Shown here piece after piece: positions 18,488-27,491 of a stretch of 64,000 bases of DNA. The translations under genes were made by a program, and so were the position numbers. Source of the stretch: Acidobacteriota bacterium (GTDB lineage: Bacteria; Acidobacteriota; Vicinamibacteria; Fen-336; JAGNNV01); NCBI GenBank assembly GCA_032127745.1, contig JAQBHL010000235.1, positions 1,575 to 65,574 on the forward strand, written 5' to 3'. The notes under the pieces are model-generated. The model had not been told where the DNA came from and searched no databases. It saw nothing but the letters and a program-made list of their open reading frames with translations. Each line of letters opens with the position of its first letter. The first letter of the stretch is position 1.

Positions 18488-19843
18488 GTGGCGCCGATCG
18501 AGCCGAAACGGGTAGGGCTGATCAGCCTCGGCTGCCCGAAGAACCTGGTGGATTCCGAGGTGATGCTCGGATCGTTGAAGCGCCGTGGCCACCAGATCGC
18601 CACCGATGTCGCGTCGGCGGACGTGATCGTGGTCAATACCTGCGCGTTCATCGACCGGGCCAAGCAGGAGTCGATCGACACCGTGCTCGAGATGGCGAGG
18701 CTCAAGACCCACGCCCCGGACGGCTACCCACGTCGTCTCATCGTCACCGGTTGCCTGGCCGAACGGCACGATGCCGACCTGCGTCGCGAGATCCCGGAGA
18801 TCGACGCCACCCTCGGAACCGGCCAGATTCCCGAGATCGTGGCCGCGGTGGAAGGGCGGGCCACCATGGTCGATCGCACCGCGAAGCGACCCGAATGGAT
18901 TTATGACGCGGATTCTCCACGGTTGCAGTCGACCGCTTCCCACACCGCCTTCGTCAAGATCTCCGAAGGCTGCGACTACACCTGCACGTTCTGCATCATT
19001 CCGACTCTGCGTGGGCTGCACCGTTCCCGGCGACCTGAAGACATCGAGAACGAAGTGCGACGCCTGGCCGCGGCGGGGGTCAGGGAGATTGTCCTGGTGG
19101 CGCAGGACTCGACCCGATACGGTCTCGACCTGGGACAGCGTGGCGCCTTGGCCCCGCTTTTACGGCGCCTCGGCCGAGTCGAGGGCCTGCGCTGGATCCG
19201 GGTGATGTACGCGTATCCCTCGACCGTCACCGACGAGATCCTCGACGCCATCGCGTCTGAGGAACGCGTGGTCAAGTACGTCGACATGCCTTTGCAGCAC
19301 GCCAGTGAAGCGGTATTGAAGCGTATGAAGAGGCCCACGGGTAAGGGGAACCTGCTCGGAATGGTCGAGCGGGTCCGCGAGCGGGTTCCGGGCGTGGCCT
19401 TCCGGACCACCTTCATCGTTGGCTTTCCCGGCGAGACCGAGGGTGATTTCAAGCAGCTGACAAGGTTCGTGGAACAAGCCGAGTTCGACCACCTGGGCGT
19501 CTTCACCTACTCGGACGAAGAGGGAACCGCCGCCTTCGATCTTGCCGGGCGGGTTCCGGCCAGGGTGAAGAAGGCCCGGCAGAGCGAGCTCATGCGCATC
19601 CAGAAGAAGATCTCGCTGCGGCGGAACAAGGCGCGGGTAGGGCAGCGGATGGAGGTCCTGGTGGAGGGTCCTCATCCCGATACCGATCTGCTGCTGGTCG
19701 GCCGGCTGGCCTCGCAGGCGCCGGAGATCGACGGTTCGGTGTTGATTTCCGATCCCGGCGAGACGCCACCGGGCCGGGGCGAGTTCGTGACCTGCGAGGT
19801 CACGAAAGCCCACAGCTACGACCTCGAAGTCCGGGTGGTTTGA
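18488..19843 (+). CDS. rimO: Ribosomal protein S12 methylthiotransferase
   Basis: N-terminal VGLISLGCPKNLVDSE, radical SAM triad EGCDYTCTFCIIP and a C-terminal TRAM domain. The start is uncertain: GTG at 18488 gives a typical 451 aa, and an in-frame ATG at 18371 is the alternative. Confidence 0.85.
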   Translation: MAPIEPKRVGLISLGCPKNLVDSEVMLGSLKRRGHQIATDVASADVIVVNTCAFIDRAKQESIDTVLEMARLKTHAPDGYPRRLIVTGCLAERHDADLRREIPEIDATLGTGQIPEIVAAVEGRATMVDRTAKRPEWIYDADSPRLQSTASHTAFVKISEGCDYTCTFCIIPTLRGLHRSRRPEDIENEVRRLAAAGVREIVLVAQDSTRYGLDLGQRGALAPLLRRLGRVEGLRWIRVMYAYPSTVTDEILDAIASEERVVKYVDMPLQHASEAVLKRMKRPTGKGNLLGMVERVRERVPGVAFRTTFIVGFPGETEGDFKQLTRFVEQAEFDHLGVFTYSDEEGTAAFDLAGRVPARVKKARQSELMRIQKKISLRRNKARVGQRMEVLVEGPHPDTDLLLVGRLASQAPEIDGSVLISDPGETPPGRGEFVTCEVTKAHSYDLEVRVV

Positions 19844-19875
19844 ACACGCCGTTCCCCAGGAAAAGAGGAAGTCCC

Positions 19876-21201
19876 ATGCGATCGCTGAAGCTGTCCGTCC
19901 TGCTTTTTCTCCTGGGCGCCGCCGTGCCGTCCGGCTTCGCGGAGCCGCCCTCCCGGCGCGAAGCGTTCCGACGGTTCCAGATGGGCTGCCAGATCCGATC
20001 TGACAAGTTCAACTACGTCCTGCCCGAGGTGATGCGGGAGAACAAAGTCGACATGTGGGTGGTGACCCTTCAGGAGCAGGCTTACGATCCCCTCTATGAA
20101 GACCTGGGCCGCGGCTACCCGGGCTCGATGCTCGGCTTCTACGTCTTTACCGATCGCGGAGGACCTCGCGTCGAGCGCGCCGCCCTGGGCATCGACGGAT
20201 ACATGCTCGAGGAATGCGGGGTCTACGACATCGTCGCCGGTCCGGACCTGGCCGCGTTCGTCAAGGAGAGGGACCCGAAGCGGATCGCTCTGAACTACTC
20301 GGAGGAGATCGGAGCGGCCGACGGATTGTCCCACTCCAGCTTCCAGAAGATCTCGAAGCTCCTGGGCGAGCCCTACGTGTCTCGCTTCGTCTCCGCCGAG
20401 AGGCTGGTGTCGGATTTCCGGTCCCGGCGCGTGGCCACCGAGATCGCGGCCTTTTCCGAGGCCGGGCAGAACTCGGTCGAGCTGGCCGAGCGCGCGCTCT
20501 CCAACGAAGTCATCACCCCCGGAAGAACAACCCTGGAGGAAGTGGCGTGGTGGATGCAGGAGGAATTGCTGCGTCGGGGCCTGGGCTCCTCTTTCGACAT
20601 GCCGTCCGTCTACATCACGGGGAAGAAGGGCATCGAGGGGCTCTCGAACGATCGCCTCATCCAGGGGGGCGACTTCCTGACCATCGACTGGGGGGTGTGC
20701 CTCATGAATTTCTGCACCGACGTGAAGCGGCAGGCCTACGTCCTCAGGGCCGGCGAAATCGCCCCGCCCCCCGGCTATCTGAACGCCTTCGCCCAGGCCA
20801 TGAAGGTCCGCGAGGTCATCAAGGGGAACGCGAAACCTTCAGGAACGGCCGCGTCCATGCTGAAGACGGTCGAGGGCGCCGTCGCCGCCGCGGGCTTCTC
20901 CGTGATGACGACGTTCAATCAGCCGTATGACGGCAACAGCACCGACGTGATGGTGGGGATGCATTCGGTGGGAAACACCGGCCACGGGGCTGGACCGTCC
21001 ATGGCCTTCTTCAATCCGAAGCGTCTGACCTACGACCTGAAGCCGGGCAATATGATCTCGGTTGAGTTCTTTGCCTACACGCCCCTGCCGGAATGGGGCG
21101 GCGCCAAACTCCGCGTTCCCATCGAAGACGACGCCCTTTTGACCGTGCGCGGCCTCGAGTTCCTTCATCCTCACTCCACCCGACTGCTGGTAATCAAGTA
21201 G
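19876..21201 (+). CDS. Secreted M24-family metallopeptidase (Xaa-Pro aminopeptidase/creatinase-like)
   Basis: Signal peptide MRSLKLSVLLFLLGAAVPSGFA, a creatinase-like N-terminal domain and a pita-bread-fold C-terminal region. Confidence 0.55.
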   Translation: MRSLKLSVLLFLLGAAVPSGFAEPPSRREAFRRFQMGCQIRSDKFNYVLPEVMRENKVDMWVVTLQEQAYDPLYEDLGRGYPGSMLGFYVFTDRGGPRVERAALGIDGYMLEECGVYDIVAGPDLAAFVKERDPKRIALNYSEEIGAADGLSHSSFQKISKLLGEPYVSRFVSAERLVSDFRSRRVATEIAAFSEAGQNSVELAERALSNEVITPGRTTLEEVAWWMQEELLRRGLGSSFDMPSVYITGKKGIEGLSNDRLIQGGDFLTIDWGVCLMNFCTDVKRQAYVLRAGEIAPPPGYLNAFAQAMKVREVIKGNAKPSGTAASMLKTVEGAVAAAGFSVMTTFNQPYDGNSTDVMVGMHSVGNTGHGAGPSMAFFNPKRLTYDLKPGNMISVEFFAYTPLPEWGGAKLRVPIEDDALLTVRGLEFLHPHSTRLLVIK

Positions 21202-21223
21202 AAGATACCTTCCCGCATTTCCG

Positions 21224-22054
21224 TTGTGGGGCAGCGGGAATGCAGAATACAGGGCCGCCTTGACCTCGATACTCTCTCTTCCTCTGTCCCTGCTGGGCGG
21301 CTTCGGTCGCGGGTGCATGGGCTTCGCCCGCCACGTGGGACAGATTTCCCTGCTCACCGTGCGGATCGTCAGCTCCGTGCTCCAGGGCGGCGTCTCCCTG
21401 AAGATGATCTTTGCCCAGGCCTACGAACAGGGCATCGGCAGCCTGCCTCTGGTCCTGGTAACCGCGGTGCTGTCGGGGATTGTCACCTCTCAACAGGGGG
21501 GCTACCAGTTCTCGTCCTCTATTCCCCTCTACGTCCTCGGGAGCGTCGTCACGTCCAGCGTGGTGCTCGAACTGGGACCGGTCATGACCGCCTTCGTGCT
21601 GATTGGCCGGGTGGGCGCCCGCATCACCGCGGAGCTCGGAACCATGGCCGTCTCCGAGCAGGTGGATGCCCTGATCTCTCTCGGCCGCGACCCCGTCCCC
21701 TACCTCGCCGCCCCGCGGGTAATCGCGGGGATGATCGTGACCCCGATTCTGGTGGGCGTGGCCAACGCGGTGGGCGTTTTGACCGGCCTCGTGTCCGCCC
21801 GGGCCACCATGGGCCTGGGCCCTGAGGGCTTCCTCTACGGCGCTCGCCTCTACTGGCATTCCTGGGACCTCTTCTACTCTCTGGCCAAGGCCTTCGTGTT
21901 CGGCTTTACGATTCCGGTGATCTCCGTTCACATGGGGCTCATCACCCATGGCGGCGCCGAAGGCGTGGGCCGCAACACCACCACCTCCGTCGTGTTCATG
22001 ATCATCACCGTCCTCGTGGTGGACGCCACCTTCCCGCCCCTCTTCCTGAACTAG
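21224..22054 (+). CDS. mlaE: Mla-type ABC transporter permease
   Basis: Polytopic MlaE/YrbE-like protein located immediately upstream of the ATPase and MCE genes. Confidence 0.8.
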   Translation: MWGSGNAEYRAALTSILSLPLSLLGGFGRGCMGFARHVGQISLLTVRIVSSVLQGGVSLKMIFAQAYEQGIGSLPLVLVTAVLSGIVTSQQGGYQFSSSIPLYVLGSVVTSSVVLELGPVMTAFVLIGRVGARITAELGTMAVSEQVDALISLGRDPVPYLAAPRVIAGMIVTPILVGVANAVGVLTGLVSARATMGLGPEGFLYGARLYWHSWDLFYSLAKAFVFGFTIPVISVHMGLITHGGAEGVGRNTTTSVVFMIITVLVVDATFPPLFLN

Positions 22055-22078
22055 GCGCAAACCGTCTTCGCGATATCC

Positions 22079-22921
22079 ATGGACCCCGAAGTCACCATCC
22101 AGTACCAGAACGTGCACAAGCGCTTCGACACCCCTGTGCTTTCGGGCGTCGATCTGAGCGTGATGCGGGGTGAGACGGTCTCCATCCTCGGGACCTCGGG
22201 AACCGGGAAGAGCGTCCTCCTGAAGACCACCATCGGCCTCGTCACGCCCGATCGGGGAGACGTGAAGATCGATGGAGCGAGCGTCTACCACTCGACCCGC
22301 ATCCAGGTGCGAGACGTGCGCCGAACCGTCCGGTATGTGTTTCAGTACGCGGCGCTTTTCGACTCTCTGAATATCTACGACAACGTGGCCATGGGCCTCG
22401 ATCCCGAGGAGATCCGGACCCTCAACCCGCGGGTGATGCTCGACCGGATTGCCAATTCGCTGGAAAACGTCAACCTCGAGCCCCGCAAGGTGCTGTCCAA
22501 GTTGCCCGCCGAGCTCTCAGGAGGCATGCGGAAGCGCGTGGGCCTGGCCCGGGCCATCGTGGGCGAGCCGAGAATCATTCTTTACGACGAGCCCGTGACC
22601 GGGCTCGATCCGGTCAACGCGGCCACCGTCAATCGGCTCATCATTTCGATCGCCGAGCGCACCAAGGTGACCTCCATCGTGGTGACCCACGATGTCGAGG
22701 GATCGCTCGAGATGTCGCATCGGGTGGCTCTGCTGGACAATGGCACCCTTCGTTTCGTGGGGACGCCCGACGAGTTTCGCCGGAGTGAGGACCCCCTGGT
22801 GATGGCTTTCGCCGACCGTCGCGCCGCGGCCAAAGCGGCCCTGGGGCTGATCGAGCATGAGGCCGACGATGACGACGACGCTGAATCCGCGCACGCGGTA
22901 TCGATTGGAGTAAGAGCATGA
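22079..22921 (+). CDS. mlaF: Mla-type ABC transporter ATP-binding protein
   Basis: Walker A GTSGTGKS, ABC signature LSGGMRKRV and Walker B ILYDEP. Confidence 0.85.
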   Translation: MDPEVTIQYQNVHKRFDTPVLSGVDLSVMRGETVSILGTSGTGKSVLLKTTIGLVTPDRGDVKIDGASVYHSTRIQVRDVRRTVRYVFQYAALFDSLNIYDNVAMGLDPEEIRTLNPRVMLDRIANSLENVNLEPRKVLSKLPAELSGGMRKRVGLARAIVGEPRIILYDEPVTGLDPVNAATVNRLIISIAERTKVTSIVVTHDVEGSLEMSHRVALLDNGTLRFVGTPDEFRRSEDPLVMAFADRRAAAKAALGLIEHEADDDDDAESAHAVSIGVRA

Positions 22922-23856
22922 CTGACAAGACCGCCGCGGTTCTGGCCCCGCCGGCCCGAGGAAAGCATCAGGAGTTGTGGGTGGGCCTTTTCGTGATCCT
23001 GGGCACCCTGGTGACCCTTTATCTGCTTCTGACCCTCACCGACGCGGCCATGTTCCGCGGCCGCTACATCGTTTCCAGCGTGGTGAAGGACGCGAGCGGG
23101 GTGCGCAAAGGGGACCCGGTGCAGATGCGCGGGGTGGGCATCGGGCGGGTCCAGAAGTTTCTGATCTCCGGATCCGGAGTCTCCGTCCACCTCGAGATCG
23201 AGGGGGAATACAGCAACATTCCGACCGACTCTCATGTGGAGCTGGTCAGCGCGGGTCTGCTCGGCGGCATGGTGGCCCGGGTGATTCCCGGCACCGGTCA
23301 GGAAATGGCTCGAAACGGAACCGTGCTCGCCGGGGAGATACCGGCCAGCATTCAGGATCAGGCCAATGACATCGCGGGCGAGGCCAAGAAGACCCTGACC
23401 CGGGTCCAGGAACTGCTCTCGGACCCCATGATCAAGAACACCCACAGCAGTGTCGAGGAACTGGATCGGCTCTTGAAGCGCCTGTCGTCGATCGCCGTCG
23501 AACAGCAGAAAGAGCTGAAGGCTCTGACCACCTCGATGCGGGAAGCATCCGACAACGTGGCCAAGGCGACCTCGCGGGAGGAGATCGACCGGGCCATGAA
23601 GCGGCTCGATACGCTGAGCGCATCGGCCGAGCGGACCGCGACCACGGTCGAGAGCTCCACCAAGGCGCTGGATGCGGTGCTGGGGCGAATCGAGCGGGGC
23701 GAAGGCACGCTCGGGAAGATGTCCACCGATGAAACCCTGTACACGAATCTGAACCAGACCCTCGAGAGCGTCAACGCCGCGTCGCTGGAGATGAAGAACC
23801 TGCTTGCCGATCTCAGGGCGAATCCGAAGAAGTACCTCAAGGTCAGCGTCTTCTAG
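22918..23856 (+). CDS. mlaD: MCE-domain protein (MlaD-like) with long helical C-terminus
   Basis: N-terminal TM segment, MCE core (VKDASGVRKGDPVQMRGVGIGRV) and a 4-nt overlap with mlaF. Confidence 0.8.
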   Translation: MTDKTAAVLAPPARGKHQELWVGLFVILGTLVTLYLLLTLTDAAMFRGRYIVSSVVKDASGVRKGDPVQMRGVGIGRVQKFLISGSGVSVHLEIEGEYSNIPTDSHVELVSAGLLGGMVARVIPGTGQEMARNGTVLAGEIPASIQDQANDIAGEAKKTLTRVQELLSDPMIKNTHSSVEELDRLLKRLSSIAVEQQKELKALTTSMREASDNVAKATSREEIDRAMKRLDTLSASAERTATTVESSTKALDAVLGRIERGEGTLGKMSTDETLYTNLNQTLESVNAASLEMKNLLADLRANPKKYLKVSVF

Positions 23857-24191
23857 TCGATCCCTGCGGATCCAAAGTCCGAAGACGAGGGCGATCCGGG
23901 CCACCACTTTGGTGGCGCCACCGATCCTCGAGGAAATTCATCAACTTGGCCGCGATCGTCGGGGGCCTGACGGTGTGGAAGGACCTGATCTGACCAGCTC
24001 GACTGCGCCTCGGGCGCGGCGGGCTAAGATGCCCGCCACTTTGGGCTGACAGGCTCCCCTGTGGGTGCGCCCGATCCAGGAGATGTTGCGATCATGAAAC
24101 TCACCCCGAGCCTCGGCATCACGCAGGGCGGCGAGGGCCTGCACGATGACAACGCCATCAGTTCGATGATGGCGCTCGGCGGTCCGGCCAA

Positions 24192-24905
24192 GTGATTCGG
24201 CGCCTGCCCCTCGTGGTGGCCGGGGTCGCCGCTCTTTGCGTCCTTATCGAAGATGTGCGCGCCCAACCGGCCCGGGTTCTGGCCCAAGGCTCGCCGGCGC
24301 TCCGGCCCGTGCGCCAGATGGCGGTCACATTCGACGATCTCCCCGCGGTGAGGGTGGCCCGGGGCGACCCGACCGCGCTCGCCGCCTTCACCCACCGCCT
24401 TCTCGCGAACTTCGCCAGGCGTAAGGTGCCGGTCGTGGGCTTCGTGAACGAGGGGAAGCTGACCGTGCCGGGCGAAGACCTCGCCGGCCGGCAGCAGCGA
24501 GTCGGCCTTCTCGCAAAGTGGGTATCGGCCGGGTTCGAACGGGGAAATCACACCTACTCGCACCGGAGCCTGAACGACTTGCCGATAGAAGAGTTCGAGG
24601 CTGACGTGATGCGCGGCGAACCGACGACCGCGACCCTTATGGCCGGCCAGGGCCGAAGACTGCGGTACTTTCGACAGCCGTTCCTGCAGGTGGGGCTGGA
24701 CCTCAGGAAACGCCGCGCCTTTGAAAGCTGGCTCCAGGCGCGCGGCTACGCCGTGGCCCCGGTGACCATCGACAACGACGACTACGTGGGCGGTTGGGGA
24801 ATCTCCTGGACGCACCATTGGGAGCAGGCCATGGGTCGCCCTCGTACCGGTTCGCCCGACCCGCCGTCGCGGGTCAGCGAAGCCTACGAAGAGGGACGCC
24901 AATGA
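24192..24905 (+). CDS. Polysaccharide deacetylase (NodB-type), apparently C-terminally truncated or degenerate
   Basis: Signal peptide and NodB motifs TFDDLP, GNHTYSH, YFRQPFL and IDNDDYV. The final LxH motif is absent and the last ~35 aa look non-homologous. Confidence 0.55.
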   Translation: MIRRLPLVVAGVAALCVLIEDVRAQPARVLAQGSPALRPVRQMAVTFDDLPAVRVARGDPTALAAFTHRLLANFARRKVPVVGFVNEGKLTVPGEDLAGRQQRVGLLAKWVSAGFERGNHTYSHRSLNDLPIEEFEADVMRGEPTTATLMAGQGRRLRYFRQPFLQVGLDLRKRRAFESWLQARGYAVAPVTIDNDDYVGGWGISWTHHWEQAMGRPRTGSPDPPSRVSEAYEEGRQ

Positions 24906-25837
24906 GCCTGTCGCGTTATCTTTCCTTCGCGCGGGACGAGTGGGCCCTGCTCCGCGGAAAGACCCCGCTCACTCTGGACGAGAGCGACCTTCAGGCCTTG
25001 CGCGGCCTCAACGAGCGCCTTGACCTGGAAGAGGTTCGTGATATCTACCTGCCCCTGTCGCGGCTGCTAAACCTCTATGTGGCCGCATCGCAGCAACTCG
25101 GGCTCGTGACCGATACCTTCCTGGGGAACACCGCGGCCCATGTCCCCTTCATCATCGGTCTGGCCGGCAGCGTGGCGGTGGGGAAGAGCACGACCGCACG
25201 CGTTCTTCGGGCCCTTCTCGCCCGCTGGCCCGATCACCCGAAGGTGGACCTTGTGACCACCGACGGGTTTATCTATCCGAACCGGGTTCTGACCAGGCGA
25301 AACCTGATGAGCCGGAAGGGTTTTCCAGAGAGCTACGACGTGAAACGGCTCATCGAGTTTATGGCCGCGGTGAAGGCGGGCGAGCCGTTCGTCGAGGCGC
25401 CGCTGTACTCCCACGTGGCCTACGACATCGTGGCCGACCGCGTCCAGAGCGTGACCGCTCCGAACATTCTGATCGTCGAAGGTTTGACCGTGCTTCAGAC
25501 CGCCGCTCAGGTCGCGGGCAAGCCCGCCAGGTTGTTCGTATCCGATTTTTTCGATTTTTCGATCTACATCGACGCCCACGAGTCCGACATCGAAACCTGG
25601 TATGTCGAGCGATTCCTTTCTCTGCGGGCCGGGGTATTCCAGGATCCCGCCTCCTACTTCCACCAATACGCGTCTTTGTCCGATGAGGACGCGATCGCCG
25701 AAGCGCGCAGGATCTGGCGGGACATCAACGGCCTCAATCTCCGCGAGAATATTCTGCCCACCAGAGAACGGGCCCAGCTCATTCTGGAGAAGGCCCCCGA
25801 TCACCGGATTGCCAGCGTCCAGCTGAGGAAGATATGA
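24902..25837 (+). CDS. coaA: Type I pantothenate kinase
   Basis: P-loop [17 protein letters not shown] and CoaA-type termini. The start is trimmed to MSLSRYLSF (ATGA overlap with the upstream stop). Confidence 0.85.
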   Translation: MSLSRYLSFARDEWALLRGKTPLTLDESDLQALRGLNERLDLEEVRDIYLPLSRLLNLYVAASQQLGLVTDTFLGNTAAHVPFIIGLAGSVAVGKSTTARVLRALLARWPDHPKVDLVTTDGFIYPNRVLTRRNLMSRKGFPESYDVKRLIEFMAAVKAGEPFVEAPLYSHVAYDIVADRVQSVTAPNILIVEGLTVLQTAAQVAGKPARLFVSDFFDFSIYIDAHESDIETWYVERFLSLRAGVFQDPASYFHQYASLSDEDAIAEARRIWRDINGLNLRENILPTRERAQLILEKAPDHRIASVQLRKI

Positions 25838-25895
25838 CCCCGGGCGGGGCGGGGCCCGGACTGGCCGCGGTTTCTGAACCCGGTGTTGTGGCCGC

Positions 25896-26669
25896 TTATT
25901 CCCCGGTGAAGTTCGGCTTGCGTTTTTCAAGAAAGGCGCTTGTGCCTTCGAGCTTGTCCTGCGACTCGAAGGTCACGGCCTGGATCACCGACTCGAATAC
26001 CAGCCCCGACTGAAGAGGCATATTGGCGGAGGCGTTGAGCGCCTGCTTGGCCAGCCGGATGGCCAGGGGACCAAGGGCCATCACCCGACCGGCCATGGCC
26101 CGGGCCGCGGTCAACAACTCCGGGCCCGGCACGACCTCGCTCACCAGCCCGAACTCAAGGGCCTTTCTGGCATCCCATCGGGCCCCGGTGAGTATCATCT
26201 CCTTCGCCCGGCCCATTCCCACCACCCGGGGCAGGCGCTGGGTCCCGCCGGCGGCGGGGATGATGCCGAGGGTCGGCTCCGGCAGACCGAAAAGCGCGTT
26301 CTCCGAGGCGATGCGAAGATCGCAGGACAACGCCAGCTCGCAGCCTCCGCCCATGGCGAAGCCGTTGACGGCGGCGATGGCCACCGCGTCGTGATTCTCT
26401 ATGGCCGACATGAGCTTCGTGTTTATTCCGGCGAGGGCGTCCTTCCGCCCCCGGGCCCGGATGGCGTTGATATCCGCTCCGGCCACAAAGGATTTGTCGC
26501 CGGCCCCGGTTACGATGAAGACTGAGCATCCGGCCCTCGCGATCTCGGCGAGGGCGCGATGGAACTCCTCGACCGTGGGAAGGTCGAGCGCGTTGCGCTT
26601 GTCGGGCCGGTTCACGGTGACCATGGCCAGACGACCTTCGATGGCGAGCAGAACATTTGGGTCAGACAT
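25896..26669 (-). CDS. Enoyl-CoA hydratase/isomerase family protein
   Basis: Crotonase blocks VNRPDKRNAL, GDKSFVAGADI and GGGCELAL. The start is trimmed to MSDPNVLLAIEG. Confidence 0.85.
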   Translation of the reverse strand: MSDPNVLLAIEGRLAMVTVNRPDKRNALDLPTVEEFHRALAEIARAGCSVFIVTGAGDKSFVAGADINAIRARGRKDALAGINTKLMSAIENHDAVAIAAVNGFAMGGGCELALSCDLRIASENALFGLPEPTLGIIPAAGGTQRLPRVVGMGRAKEMILTGARWDARKALEFGLVSEVVPGPELLTAARAMAGRVMALGPLAIRLAKQALNASANMPLQSGLVFESVIQAVTFESQDKLEGTSAFLEKRKPNFTGE

Positions 26670-26975
26670 GGAAGAGGGCGCTCCTGTGACAATTCGCGGG
26701 ATTGAGGCGGCCTTTGGCGACGGAGAGTTTAGACTGCCGCCGATGAACGCCGTCCGTGCCCGCCTGGGAAGGCTCGTTCCCCTGCTCTTGGTCCTCACGG
26801 CAATGGCCCGGGCCGTCATTTCACTTCCGAGGGGCTCCAGGCCCGAGGGGGCAGGCCCAGTCCAGCCGGGCCGAAGCGGGGGCTGCGCCGCGCCGAACGC
26901 CTGGTCTTTGGCCGGCCGCGCGAGGTGTTTTGGACGGGTGACCACTACGGAACATTGTTGGCTTGAGGTGAGAGC

Positions 26976-27410
26976 GTGATCGATCTGGGGAAGTTGCTGC
27001 CGGGCGTGAGAGGAAGGTCGATTCATGTGGTCGAAACCGCGAAGGCGGCCGAGGTGGTGCAGAAACTGAAGAGCGCGGGTTTCTCGCTGCACATGATCAA
27101 CGGCGACCGAGCCAGGGACAAACTGACCTTCCTGGCTGCGGCAGCCGACGCATTCGAATTCTCGGCCCGCTTCCGCACGAACTGGGACGCCTTCATCGAC
27201 GCCTTCGCGGACTTCCTCGACACCGTCCCGATGCCGGCCGCCATCGTGTGGACCCGGGCCGACGTGCTGGTCCAGGGGGACCTTCAGAGCTTCATCGAGG
27301 CCATCACCACGTTCGACTCCGCCGCGGTTGAACGCGAACTCTCGGCGGAGGATGACGAGAAGGTTCAGGTCGAGTTCTTCGTTCTGATGGGCGAGCCGAA
27401 GCGGGGGTGA
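26976..27410 (+). CDS. Barstar-like (ribonuclease inhibitor family) protein
   Basis: INGDRARDKLTFLAAAADAFEFSARFRTNWDAFIDAFADF...AAIVW follows the barstar pattern (I.G....F...aF.FP.yFG.NlDAl.D). Starts with GTG. Confidence 0.45.
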   Translation: MIDLGKLLPGVRGRSIHVVETAKAAEVVQKLKSAGFSLHMINGDRARDKLTFLAAAADAFEFSARFRTNWDAFIDAFADFLDTVPMPAAIVWTRADVLVQGDLQSFIEAITTFDSAAVERELSAEDDEKVQVEFFVLMGEPKRG

Positions 27411-27491
27411 AAGACGAAGGCAGTGCCGCGCTCGCCCGGCGGCGTGTCGCCTGGGTCTAGAATCACCGGGGGTCCGCAGGGAGGATTTTTT

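Noticed and set aside
24094-24195. A 33-codon ORF ([33 protein letters not shown]) with a GGAG about 10 nt upstream, overlapping the deacetylase start.
   Set aside because: It is too short and featureless to support. There is no conservation evidence available, and a chance ORF is plausible in a 330-bp spacer.
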